A stretch of DNA of 64,000 nt, taken from positions 372,001-436,000 of the IMG/VR virus record IMGVR_UViG_3300049793_000366. One strand, given 5' to 3'. How positions within the stretch are numbered: position 1 is the stretch's first letter; each line of letters opens with the position of its first letter. Below, in pieces: positions 46,208 to 54,700 of this stretch. The position numbers were made by a program, and so were the translations under genes. The notes beneath the pieces were generated by a model. It worked only from the letters and a program-made list of their open reading frames with translations. It ran no database searches and was not told the origin of the DNA.

Positions 46208-47221
46208 TTATGTGTAAAATTCTATTTCAACTACAGTATCTACTAATAATGAATCTTGTGTATTTCCTGTCATTGCTGAACCAGTGTAAATCTCAGCAAC
46301 ACCATCATTTCTAAAATTCAAATGAAAGGATTGGTCCGGATGATTTGAATTTGGTGTAATTCTATAAACTATTTTAGTATATGGAAACCCCAACGATGAA
46401 AAATCACATTTATAATATCCTTGTGAATCTCTAGACCAGTTAAAATTACCAGCATTATTTGAAACATCAGTTTTGCTAGGATTACCAGTACCAGATTGGC
46501 TTATTAATACTCTATACCATTTTGTTGGTAGACCAAAGTCTGATGCTGTTGGTATAACAGGTGGAGTTGGTGCAGTACTCATCGTAGAACCATCAGGGAA
46601 ATGTATTAAACCATCACCAGTAAATATTATAGGAGTTCTATAATAAGAAAATGAACCACCACTACCACTTTGCCAAGAAGTGAATGCTATTTTATAATAT
46701 TTATCGTTAGTTGTATCGTGCATTATAAGAACCTCACCAGGTAGTGATAAGAAATCACCAATTTCATTCAATACTGTGTTTCTTAATGTATCATATGTTC
46801 TACTTTTAGCAGTAGAGAAATCATCACCTTCACTACTATATGCCCATTCAGTATTTGTTGGATATGGGTCAGTGCCACTAGCACTACTTTCGAATAATGG
46901 ATTATATAAAAACCCACTATTATTTCTTGTAATTTGAACATCGGTATCAATTATATCAACTATCGTATTACCTGAACCTGCGGTGTGATTAAATGAAATC
47001 GTAGAACCCATAGAGAAAAACGATAGATTTAGTGAGCTGAATGTTGGACTAGTTGGTAGTTCAGGTATTTCCGGTGACACAATAGTTAATACACCTAAGT
47101 AATCCATTTTTTTAAAAAGCCCATCTGCGATATCAATTCCTATTATATAAGATCCTGATTCTGGATATTGTTCAGATGTTATTGTAGAAAAATTTAATGG
47201 TCCTGTTATGATTTTTGACAT
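46208..47221 (-). CDS. Probable virion/fibre-associated protein
   Basis: Ser/Thr/Gly/Pro-rich; AATATATA upstream. Confidence 0.5.
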   Translation of the reverse strand: MSKIITGPLNFSTITSEQYPESGSYIIGIDIADGLFKKMDYLGVLTIVSPEIPELPTSPTFSSLNLSFFSMGSTISFNHTAGSGNTIVDIIDTDVQITRNNSGFLYNPLFESSASGTDPYPTNTEWAYSSEGDDFSTAKSRTYDTLRNTVLNEIGDFLSLPGEVLIMHDTTNDKYYKIAFTSWQSGSGGSFSYYRTPIIFTGDGLIHFPDGSTMSTAPTPPVIPTASDFGLPTKWYRVLISQSGTGNPSKTDVSNNAGNFNWSRDSQGYYKCDFSSLGFPYTKIVYRITPNSNHPDQSFHLNFRNDGVAEIYTGSAMTGNTQDSLLVDTVVEIEFYT

Positions 47222-47331
47222 ACGTTTTTAGTTTTTTATTATTATTCTATATATTAAAATGATAAATAATAATTTTAATAGTCTGAAAGGTAGGTAGTTA
47301 CTGCGTTTTTGAAAAATATTTTAATATTATA

Positions 47332-47414
47332 CTTGCAAATCGAAAACTTTCACCTTACATTTGTATAAAATTAATCAGAAATAGAAAAAGGGAGCATTAG
47401 CTTCTTAATATATA
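47332..47414 (+). promoter_or_regulatory. Dual promoter cassette
   Basis: TACATTTG 47356-47363, AATATATA 47407-47414; near copy of 19525-19607. Confidence 0.75.
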
Positions 47415-47436
47415 AAAAAGATAAAAAACTAAAACA

Positions 47437-47532
47437 ATGAACACTTTAATCTACATAGGGTATATAGCGGAAGGCGGTTATGAAGCGGGGAGCTTCGTGA
47501 ATGGCTTGGTTTTACCTATGCGTAAAGTGTGA
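47437..47532 (+). CDS. Tyr/Ile/Gly/Ala/Glu leader peptide MNTLIYIGYIAEGGYEAGSFVNGLVLPMRKV
   Basis: Core YIGYIAEGGYEAG with two ATA codons. Confidence 0.85.
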   Translation: MNTLIYIGYIAEGGYEAGSFVNGLVLPMRKV

Positions 47533-47558
47533 TGATATAAACATACTTAACAAATTCG

Positions 47559-47590
47559 AAACCCAGTCATTCAAATGACTGGGTTTTTTT
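47559..47590 (+). terminator. Attenuator terminator
   Basis: aaacccagtcatt/aatgactgggttt + T tract; leader tgaatggcttggttt (47498-47512) pairs with aaacccagtcattca. Confidence 0.85.
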
Positions 47591-47600
47591 ATGCCTTAAT

Positions 47601-47673
47601 GGTCCTATCGGCAAGTTGGTTAAGCCGCCACCCTTTCAAGGTGGAGTCACGGGTTCAAGTCCCGTTGGGACTA
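47601..47673 (+). tRNA. tRNA-Glu(UUC)
   Basis: CCACC-CTTTCAA-GGTGG. Confidence 0.92.
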
Positions 47674-47688
47674 CAAAAGATAATAGAT

Positions 47689-47762
47689 GGTCCGTTCGTC
47701 TATGCGGTCTAGGACATCGCCCTTTCACGGCGAGAACACGGGTTCGAATCCCGTACGGATCA
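47689..47762 (+). tRNA. tRNA-Glu(UUC)
   Basis: TCGCC-CTTTCAC-GGCGA. Confidence 0.92.
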
Positions 47763-47830
47763 CGAAGCAATTAAGCGCGGGAGGTTGCGCCTCCGATGAT
47801 AGAGATATCAGGGTTTTCTACCGCGTATAT

Positions 47831-47902
47831 GTTCTTATCGACTAAGGGTTAGGTCACCATCCTCTCAAGATGGAGATACGGGTTCGAATCCCGTTGAGAA
47901 TA
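47831..47902 (+). tRNA. tRNA-Glu(CUC)
   Basis: CCATC-CTCTCAA-GATGG. Confidence 0.88.
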
Positions 47903-47907
47903 CAAAT

Positions 47908-47989
47908 GGGTCAGTCGTCTAGCGGCAATGGCTGGAGACTGTAAATCTCCTCTCTTCGGAGTTCGTAGGTTCGAGTCCTACCTGGCCCA
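47908..47989 (+). tRNA. tRNA-Tyr(GUA)
   Basis: GGAGA-CTGTAAA-TCTCC, variable arm. Confidence 0.92.
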
Positions 47990-48001
47990 CACGAATAAAA
48001 T

Positions 48002-48083
48002 GGATCGTTAGCAAAGCGGCAAAGTCGGGAGACTGTAAATCTCCTCCCTTCGGGGTTCGTAGGTTCGAGTCCTACACGGTCCA
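48002..48083 (+). tRNA. tRNA-Tyr(GUA)
   Basis: GGAGA-CTGTAAA-TCTCC, variable arm. Confidence 0.9.
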
Positions 48084-48088
48084 CAAAA

Positions 48089-48170
48089 GCGAGTATAGTA
48101 TAATGGATGCTATGCTGGATTATACCGCACTTCCAATGCGGTGATGAGAGTTCGATTCTCTCTACTCGCT
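48089..48170 (+). tRNA. tRNA-Gly(UCC) with a 12-nt D-loop insertion
   Basis: GCGAGTA/TACTCGC, U73, CCGCA-CTTCCAA-TGCGG; extra TGCTATGCTGGA. Confidence 0.75.
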
Positions 48171-48403
48171 CTAAAAAATAAAATTAAAATGAACAATTGA
48201 ATTAATTGAATAGGTTAGCTGATATACAAAGTGTTAATTGTATTCTCAGTAATGTATGCCTTACAAAACAAAAACATGAAATGTCGTATCTACGAAGATG
48301 ATTATGAAACATCGGTATATGACTTCAACAACAACATACGAAGAAGAAGTATGTTGACAAACATAACAAACTATTACTCAAACGTAGATGAGTAATAGTA
48401 GAT

Positions 48404-48476
48404 GCGAAAGTAGCTCAGTTGGTAGAGCGTAACCTTGCCAAGGTTAAGGTCGCGGGTTCGAGACCCGTCTTTCGCT
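48404..48476 (+). tRNA. tRNA-Gly(GCC)
   Basis: GCGAAAG/CTTTCGC, TAACC-TTGCCAA-GGTTA. Confidence 0.93.
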
Positions 48477-48572
48477 CAAATGCCGAGTTGAAAGGGAACG
48501 CACAGTCGGCGGACTGCCCCTCGGCTCCAACTTGATGGAAAACAATAAACCCGTCCAACCAGACGTAAAATC

Positions 48573-48645
48573 GCGAAAGTAGCTCAACTGGTAGAGCGAT
48601 AGCCTTCCAAGCTATAGGTTGCGGGTTCGAAACCCGTCTTTCGCT
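48573..48645 (+). tRNA. tRNA-Gly(UCC)
   Basis: GCGAAAG/CTTTCGC, ATAGC-CTTCCAA-GCTAT. Confidence 0.93.
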
Positions 48646-48766
48646 CACTGAAAGGTATAAAGGTTGCAAACTTTATATTGAGTAGTAGCGTTGCTGACCG
48701 CTTAATAAAGAATGGCAATTGTTTCAATAACGTTTATGAAATAATTGTTTAGTTCAGCGAACATTT

Positions 48767-48859
48767 GCGAAGATAACAGCACTGGCACGTTCAGCCAGCC
48801 CACGTAAAAATATGCTGTATTGGATAGTGGTGAGTATGGTTCGAATCCTACTCTTCGCA
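48767..48859 (+). ncRNA. tRNA-like RNA with intact acceptor and T arm but remodelled core
   Basis: GCGAAGA/TCTTCGC, T arm GTA[T]GG-TTCGAAT-CCTAC; ACAGC/GCTGT encloses CTGGC-ACGTTCA-GCCAG. Confidence 0.5.
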
Positions 48860-48870
48860 CAAAATAAAAT

Positions 48871-48943
48871 GCTGGTGTAGCTCAATGGTCAGAGCAGGAC
48901 GCTTATATCGTCAAGGTTGTGGGTTCGAGTCCCGCCATCAGTA
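48871..48943 (+). tRNA. tRNA-Ile(UAU)
   Basis: GCTGGTG/CATCAGT, GACG-CTTATAT-CGTC. Confidence 0.85.
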
Positions 48944-48964
48944 CAAAAAATAAAAAAGAATTAA

Positions 48965-49153
48965 ATGAGTTCTAATACATTAACATCACACCACGGTGAA
49001 AGTAATGCTTCACGAGCGGATAAAATGTCTGGTTGGATTTCTCGCTATAAAAAAGAAACTAAAGCAAGAGGTAAAATGAGCATAGCGAAGAAATTGGCGG
49101 CCAGAAAAAGAAGAATGTTTTTAAAGAATCCTAAATTTTGGGATAAGATATAA
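48965..49153 (+). CDS. Small basic hypothetical protein inside the tRNA array
   Basis: 62 aa, Lys/Arg-rich, A-rich translation initiation region. Confidence 0.5.
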   Translation: MSSNTLTSHHGESNASRADKMSGWISRYKKETKARGKMSIAKKLAARKRRMFLKNPKFWDKI

Positions 49154-49161
49154 AACGACAA

Positions 49162-49235
49162 GGGGAATTAGCTCAGTTGGCTAGAGCGTCTGTCTTGCAC
49201 ACAGAAGGCCATCGGTTCGAATCCGATATTCTCCA
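49162..49235 (+). tRNA. tRNA-Ala(UGC)
   Basis: G3-U70, TCTGT-CTTGCAC-ACAGA. Confidence 0.93.
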
Positions 49236-49239
49236 CAAT

Positions 49240-49313
49240 GGGCGATTGGTGAAACTGGCTATCACACCTGATTTGCACTCAGGAATTACGGACTCGGATT
49301 CCGTATCTGTCCA
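49240..49313 (+). tRNA. tRNA-Ala(UGC), degenerate
   Basis: CCTGA-TTTGCAC-TCAGG; bulged acceptor; atypical T loop CTCGGAT. Confidence 0.55.
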
Positions 49314-49367
49314 CAGTTCAATATGTAAACACTCCACTTTTATATATACTATAAAAGGTAATATAAA

Positions 49368-50144
49368 ATGGATTGCAAAAACATAGAATGTGAAAATAAA
49401 GTAATTGATAATAGAAAATACTGCTCATTAAAATGTAGGAATGTTTATGTCAATAAGTATTTAAGAAATTATAATAAACTAGCAACTACTTTAAAGGTAA
49501 AAGGTAATAAGAGAAAAGAAGAATATAATCATAATCCTAAAAAATGTAAAAACTGTGATTCTATTATTACTTTTGAAAAAAGAAGAAATGAATATTGTGG
49601 GCATTCATGTCATGCAACAAAGAGTAATAGTGAGAGAGAATTTAATTGGGGTGATAAAATAAGTAGTGGTATAAGAGAGTACTTAGTTAGCAATGGTAAA
49701 CCATATAAAGCTGAATATACATTAAGCTGTAAGTATTGTAGTAATGTTTTTATAAACAAGCGAAAGGAAATTAAATATTGCTCAATTGAATGTAGAAAAA
49801 GTAAAAGAAGAGAAAATATGAATGAGCTTCAAAAGTATAAACAAAATGCATCGTTTAAGTTTAATTTAAAAACCTACTCTGATGAATTTGATTTTACTTT
49901 GATAGAAAAATACGGATGGTACTCACCATCAAATAAATCTAATAATTTGGATGGCGTGAGTAGAGACCACATGATTTCAATTGTAGAAGGATTCGAAATG
50001 GGAGTTGATCCAAGTATAATTGCTCATCCAGCCAATTGTAGGCTTATGAGACACAGTGAGAATATCGGTAAAAATAAAACCTCATCTATTACATTAGATG
50101 AATTGCTTGAAAGAATTAAAATGTTTAACGAAAAATACAATTAA
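49368..50144 (+). mobile_element. Putative homing endonuclease with zinc-finger repeats and an HNH-like C-terminus
   Basis: Three C..C...(K/E)YC...C repeats; SRDHMISI..G...HPANC. Confidence 0.7.
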
Positions 50145-50145
50145 A

Positions 50146-50898
50146 ATGGAAAATAGTTTATATAGTATAAATAGTTTGGTATTCTGGACTGAAAAGGAAT
50201 TACGAATACGTAGATTTATAGAGCAAACTTTCTGTGAAGAAATTAAAACAATTCTTCTTAAAGAAAATCAAGCTTGGAAATTTACACAAATCGAAGCACC
50301 GTGTCTAATACCACACGAGTTAGTTAATCAGAATTATACAAAAGAAGATATCTTCTTTATTGAGAAGACATCAGCGGATGAACCACAGATGGTTTTGAAG
50401 CCAGAGACAACACCGAGTTCATATGTGTATGCTCAGTATCTTTTGAATAATCATATGGTACAACCACCATTTGTTATCTGGCAAACCTCAAAGTCATTCA
50501 GACGAGAGCAAGACCAAGTAATAAAGAATATGAGGTTGAAAGAGTTTTATCAACAAGAGTTTCAATGTATCTATACAAAAGAAACACTTAATGATTATCA
50601 AGAAAAAGTATTGGAACCAATAAGGAAAATGTTTCAAGACTTGATAGCTCTACCAACAAGAATAGTAGAAAGTGATAGACTTCCTTCATATAGTATGAGA
50701 ACTATGGACATAGAAGTTTATAATGAAGATAAATGGATGGAAGTTTGTTCAATATCAAAGAGAACAGATTTTCCTGACAAAGCAAAATTCACTGTTAAGA
50801 ATAACGTAGTAGAAAAAGAACTTATCGTACTTGAAATAGCAATCGGTGTTGATAGATGTCTTTACAACTATGTTAAGAGAACAGAATTAGAAAAATAA
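50146..50898 (+). CDS. glyS: Glycyl-tRNA synthetase, dimeric (eukaryote/archaeal) type, catalytic core only (start moved to 50146)
   Basis: LKPETT, WQTSKSFRRE...RLKEFYQQEFQ, WMEVCSIS.RTDF, EIAIGVDR, then stop. Confidence 0.8.
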   Translation: MENSLYSINSLVFWTEKELRIRRFIEQTFCEEIKTILLKENQAWKFTQIEAPCLIPHELVNQNYTKEDIFFIEKTSADEPQMVLKPETTPSSYVYAQYLLNNHMVQPPFVIWQTSKSFRREQDQVIKNMRLKEFYQQEFQCIYTKETLNDYQEKVLEPIRKMFQDLIALPTRIVESDRLPSYSMRTMDIEVYNEDKWMEVCSISKRTDFPDKAKFTVKNNVVEKELIVLEIAIGVDRCLYNYVKRTELEK

Positions 50899-50937
50899 AA
50901 ATACAGAAAAAAGGAGGACCCAGGCTGTGGACGCAAT

Positions 50938-51768
50938 TTAATAATAAACGAATACGAATCTTTTTGTAAGAGTAGAGGAATACACTTTCAATTAGACGAT
51001 AAAGTTAACCCTTATGACGAAACAACTTTATTTTGTCCTGCTGGAATGCAGCAGTTCAAATCTAAGTTTAAGGGTGATGAGATTGGAACATTAAGTAATG
51101 TACAATCTTGTATTAGACTTAATGATATTGATGAGATTGGTGATGGAACTCACCTCTTATATTTTAATATGATTGGTCTATTTTCGTTTAGAGAGCTTAC
51201 AGTTAAACAATCAATTGATTTTTGGCTTGAGTTTTTAAACAGACTGGGACTTAAACCAGATTACATCACGATTCATCCCGATAAAATGGATGAATGGTCA
51301 ATCTTCTATAAAGAGTATGATGTAGAGATTAAACCTGATACTGAATGTATTTGGAGTGATGGTGAGATTGGTGGTTACTGTACTGAATTCTACATAGACG
51401 GTGTTGAGATTGGTAACATAGTTAATCCTCTCGGTACTTGTATAGATGTTGGATTTGGATTAGAACGATTACAGATGTTCACTGAACAAAGAACACACGA
51501 CAACAAGGATAGTATTTTAATAGAAACAATTAACAAAATAATTCAAAGTGGATATGAACCATCAAATATTAAACAAGGGTATGTATTACGTAAGTTATTG
51601 AGGCAGTTATATAAGAACGGTGGCTCAATGGAGCATACCTTCTATGAACAAGAGGTCAAGAGACAACAAAAGATTCTTGAACGATACAATAAACTTAAAG
51701 ATAAACATAAAGATAAACCCAAAGACTGGTGGTGGGAAACAATGGGCATTGACTTAGATTTACTTTAG
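50938..51768 (+). CDS. alaS: Alanyl-tRNA synthetase, aminoacylation domain only; no in-frame ATG at the expected N-terminus
   Basis: Upstream of track ATG 51046 the frame continues LIINEYESFCKSRGIH...PYDETTLFCPAG, matching the AlaRS start. Also QSCIR, IDVGFGLER, GYVLRKLLR. Confidence 0.85.
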   Translation, partial: LIINEYESFCKSRGIHFQLDDKVNPYDETTLFCPAGMQQFKSKFKGDEIGTLSNVQSCIRLNDIDEIGDGTHLLYFNMIGLFSFRELTVKQSIDFWLEFLNRLGLKPDYITIHPDKMDEWSIFYKEYDVEIKPDTECIWSDGEIGGYCTEFYIDGVEIGNIVNPLGTCIDVGFGLERLQMFTEQRTHDNKDSILIETINKIIQSGYEPSNIKQGYVLRKLLRQLYKNGGSMEHTFYEQEVKRQQKILERYNKLKDKHKDKPKDWWWETMGIDLDLL

Positions 51769-51805
51769 GTGGTAAATCACACATGGAGATTCTAATATAT
51801 AGGAT

Positions 51806-52426
51806 ATGTGTAAAGTTAAAATAGACCTTAATTCTAAAAGTTTTTGTTATTATTTAGGATTTTTGTGGGCAGATGGGTATATCTCAAAAGATAAGCACTA
51901 TAAAATTTATCTAACTCTTAAAGAGGAAGATGGTAGAGCTATTGAGAAGTATATAAAATCAGTTGGTGATATTAAAATGAAGTATAAAAAGTCAACTGGT
52001 CAAATATCGCATTATATAGGTGATAAGGAATTACACTCATTTTTGAAAAGCAATGGATATTATACTAAATCAACTGATAGTCCATCAACTTTACTAAATA
52101 TTATACCAGATAATATGAAGCCATATTTCTTCTTAGGGTTAATAGATGGTGATGGTGGATTCTACTTCTACAAAAAGGGATATTTAAGAAATTTTACAGT
52201 AACATCATCAGAACACCAAGATTGGTCTCATATGATTAAGCTGTCTGAATATTTGGATATTAATAAGTATGATATTATCAAGAGAAATACTGGAAAGGGA
52301 ATGAACTCTGTTTATAGAATAAACAACAAAAAGGACATAGAAAAAATACACAACTATATTTATAGTGATATTAATTTTATACCTTTGACTAGAAAATATT
52401 TAATTAGTACTGAAATCATTAAATGA
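51806..52426 (+). mobile_element. LAGLIDADG homing endonuclease
   Basis: YYLGFLWADG and FFLGLIDGDG. Confidence 0.85.
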
Positions 52427-52432
52427 TAAATT

Positions 52433-53512
52433 ATGAAATTTGAAAAATTCCCACATACATTTACACTAACCAACGATAGAAAGTTACGTGTGAAATTCGG
52501 TATAGATCCTACATCAGATAAACTGCACTTAGGACATTTAATTCCTTTACAGCTCGTGAAAGAGTTCAAAGATGATGGTCACCAAATAGATATCATCTTA
52601 GGAACTTTCACGGCTCAAATGGGAGACCCGTCTGGTAAAGATACCATGCGACCTATACTAACACCAGAACAAACAAAAGCCAATGCTGAGTCAATCATTT
52701 CACAGTTGAGTAGAATATTAGGCGAAGGATTTAACATACACTTTAATCACACATGGTTTGAGTCTATGTCAATGCCACAAATGATGTCTATCATTTCTAA
52801 ATTCTCTGTTGGTAATTTACTAAGTCGAGATTCATTTCAGAATAGAATGGAAAATAATAACCCAATTGGTATGCACGAACTAATCGTACCTATCTTACAG
52901 GGATTTGATTCAGTTCAATTAAATTCTGATGTAGAGATTGGTGGCTCTGACCAACTATTCAATTTCAAAGTGAGTAGACAAATGCAAGAAGTATCTGGTC
53001 AAGCACCTGAGAATTGTTTTCTTATGCCAATTATAAATGGTACTGATGGTCGTAAGATGTCTAAGTCATTCAATAATTGTATATTCATAAACGATTCACC
53101 AGAAGATGTTTTTGGTAAAGCTATGTCTATATCAGATTCAACTATGTTTGAATGGTTGCCATTATTCTTTGAGACTATTGAGAAGCAACATCCGTTGAAG
53201 TTAAAAAAGATGTTAGCATTTAAGATAACAGAACTTATTTGGGGTAGTGAATCAGCAGAGAAGGGTAGAGAACACTTCGAATCTGTTATACAAGGTGATT
53301 CAATTCCGGATGATATTACAGAGATAAACAATAAGTTAATACTAGAAGTAGTACAAACTATGCGTAAGTCTTCTCGTTCTGAGGCACGTAGATTACTATT
53401 AGCAAATGCGGTTAAGGTAAATGGTCAAGTTGTTAATAGTGAAGAAACACAATTGAACACTGGTGATATTGTTAAAGTTGGTAAGAGAGATTTTGCTAAG
53501 ATTGCTTCGTAA
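52433..53512 (+). CDS. tyrS: Tyrosyl-tRNA synthetase
   Basis: GIDPTSDKLHLGH, LQGFDS, EIGGSDQLFN, KMSKS, C-terminal S4-like domain. Confidence 0.94.
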   Translation: MKFEKFPHTFTLTNDRKLRVKFGIDPTSDKLHLGHLIPLQLVKEFKDDGHQIDIILGTFTAQMGDPSGKDTMRPILTPEQTKANAESIISQLSRILGEGFNIHFNHTWFESMSMPQMMSIISKFSVGNLLSRDSFQNRMENNNPIGMHELIVPILQGFDSVQLNSDVEIGGSDQLFNFKVSRQMQEVSGQAPENCFLMPIINGTDGRKMSKSFNNCIFINDSPEDVFGKAMSISDSTMFEWLPLFFETIEKQHPLKLKKMLAFKITELIWGSESAEKGREHFESVIQGDSIPDDITEINNKLILEVVQTMRKSSRSEARRLLLANAVKVNGQVVNSEETQLNTGDIVKVGKRDFAKIAS

Positions 53513-53897
53513 AGTTTGACACTTGTTGTTTATATCTCTCCTTAAGTTTGTTTAATCTTGGTAGAAATATAGACTTACCTTCATCTGTAAGATACTTATC
53601 GAGTCTTGGTTCTATGTATATTAAACTCTCACGAATATAGTTTAGTAATTTACTTATTACTTCCGGATTTCTTACTTGTGATAGGTTATTACTAATATAA
53701 TCCGAATATTTCTGACCAAATATCTTAGGGCTTCTGAATTCTTTTAGAATATTACTAAGTTCTGTGCTTGAATCTGATGAGTTACCATATGATGCTAACT
53801 TACTTATATTCAATGTTATAAAGAACCCAAAGTCTGATAGGAAGTCTTCCCAATCACTTATTTTATTGTTTTCATTGAAGCTCTTAATAAATCTCAT
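53496..53897 (-). CDS. Hypothetical protein, MRFIKSFNEN N-terminus
   Basis: AATATATA upstream on the minus strand. Confidence 0.6.
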   Translation of the reverse strand: MRFIKSFNENNKISDWEDFLSDFGFFITLNISKLASYGNSSDSSTELSNILKEFRSPKIFGQKYSDYISNNLSQVRNPEVISKLLNYIRESLIYIEPRLDKYLTDEGKSIFLPRLNKLKERYKQQVSNFTKQS

Positions 53898-53963
53898 TAG
53901 TTATATATTAAAATATTTGGATAGAAGCAGAAAAATCCATATATTTGGACGAAATTAACCCGG

Positions 53964-54392
53964 ATGTATCAGATAACTAAAAGTAGTAATTCAGGCTCAA
54001 CAAAGGTGGTAGATAGAATCTATTTTGAGATATCTTCATCAAAGACGCTGGCATCGTACATTCGGTTAAAAGAAGACCTGAGGATGCAGGATGAAGACTT
54101 TCTACTGGTGTACGGTGAATCATTGAAGCGCATACAGTTTAGTAGAGATTATTTAACCAAGAGGAAAGAAGAATGTGGGTCACTAACGTGTACATATTGT
54201 CAGGCTGAGAATTTAGTGATAGAGTACGAGGGAATGAGAGTGTCTAATAAAATTAAAGCTACGATAGACCATGTTTTAGCTTTATCGAAGGGTGGTGATA
54301 TGTATGATTTGAAGAATATAGTTGTTGCTTGTGGTAAGTGCAATAGTAAGAAATCAGATAAATCAGTGGAGGAATTTTTATGTATTGGATAA
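53964..54392 (+). CDS. HNH endonuclease
   Basis: CTYC...TIDHVLALSKGG...ACGKCNSKK. Confidence 0.85.
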   Translation: MYQITKSSNSGSTKVVDRIYFEISSSKTLASYIRLKEDLRMQDEDFLLVYGESLKRIQFSRDYLTKRKEECGSLTCTYCQAENLVIEYEGMRVSNKIKATIDHVLALSKGGDMYDLKNIVVACGKCNSKKSDKSVEEFLCIG

Positions 54393-54700
54393 ATTCAAAT
54401 AACGGAGATTATGTAAGTCTTGATAGAGTACCACAAGGTACACCACAGACATATACGCTTCATTTGATTGATAGAACGTGTGATGGTGTCAGGTTACTTT
54501 ATGAGAAGCATACATTGAATGAAAAGGAGTTTAAACTATTGAAAGGATTCTTACCAATTAAAGCTAAGAAGTTTCACAATAGAGATACCACTAAGTATAA
54601 AACCTTTGGTAAAGGTGGTGTTATAACTGACTCTAAAAGAACAGATGTACCGAATATGCGTGATATAAGAAATGAAATTTTAGATGGACTATTGAAATAA
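54380..54700 (+). CDS. Hypothetical protein
   Basis: C-terminal RNEILDGLL. Confidence 0.55.
   Translation: MYWINSNNGDYVSLDRVPQGTPQTYTLHLIDRTCDGVRLLYEKHTLNEKEFKLLKGFLPIKAKKFHNRDTTKYKTFGKGGVITDSKRTDVPNMRDIRNEILDGLLK

Noticed and set aside
48276-48395. 39-codon ORF (MKCRIYEDDYE...) inside the tRNA array as a regulatory leader
   Set aside because: Contains Tyr/Glu codons and a hairpin, but no terminator and no clear complementarity to the next tRNA; may be a small protein.
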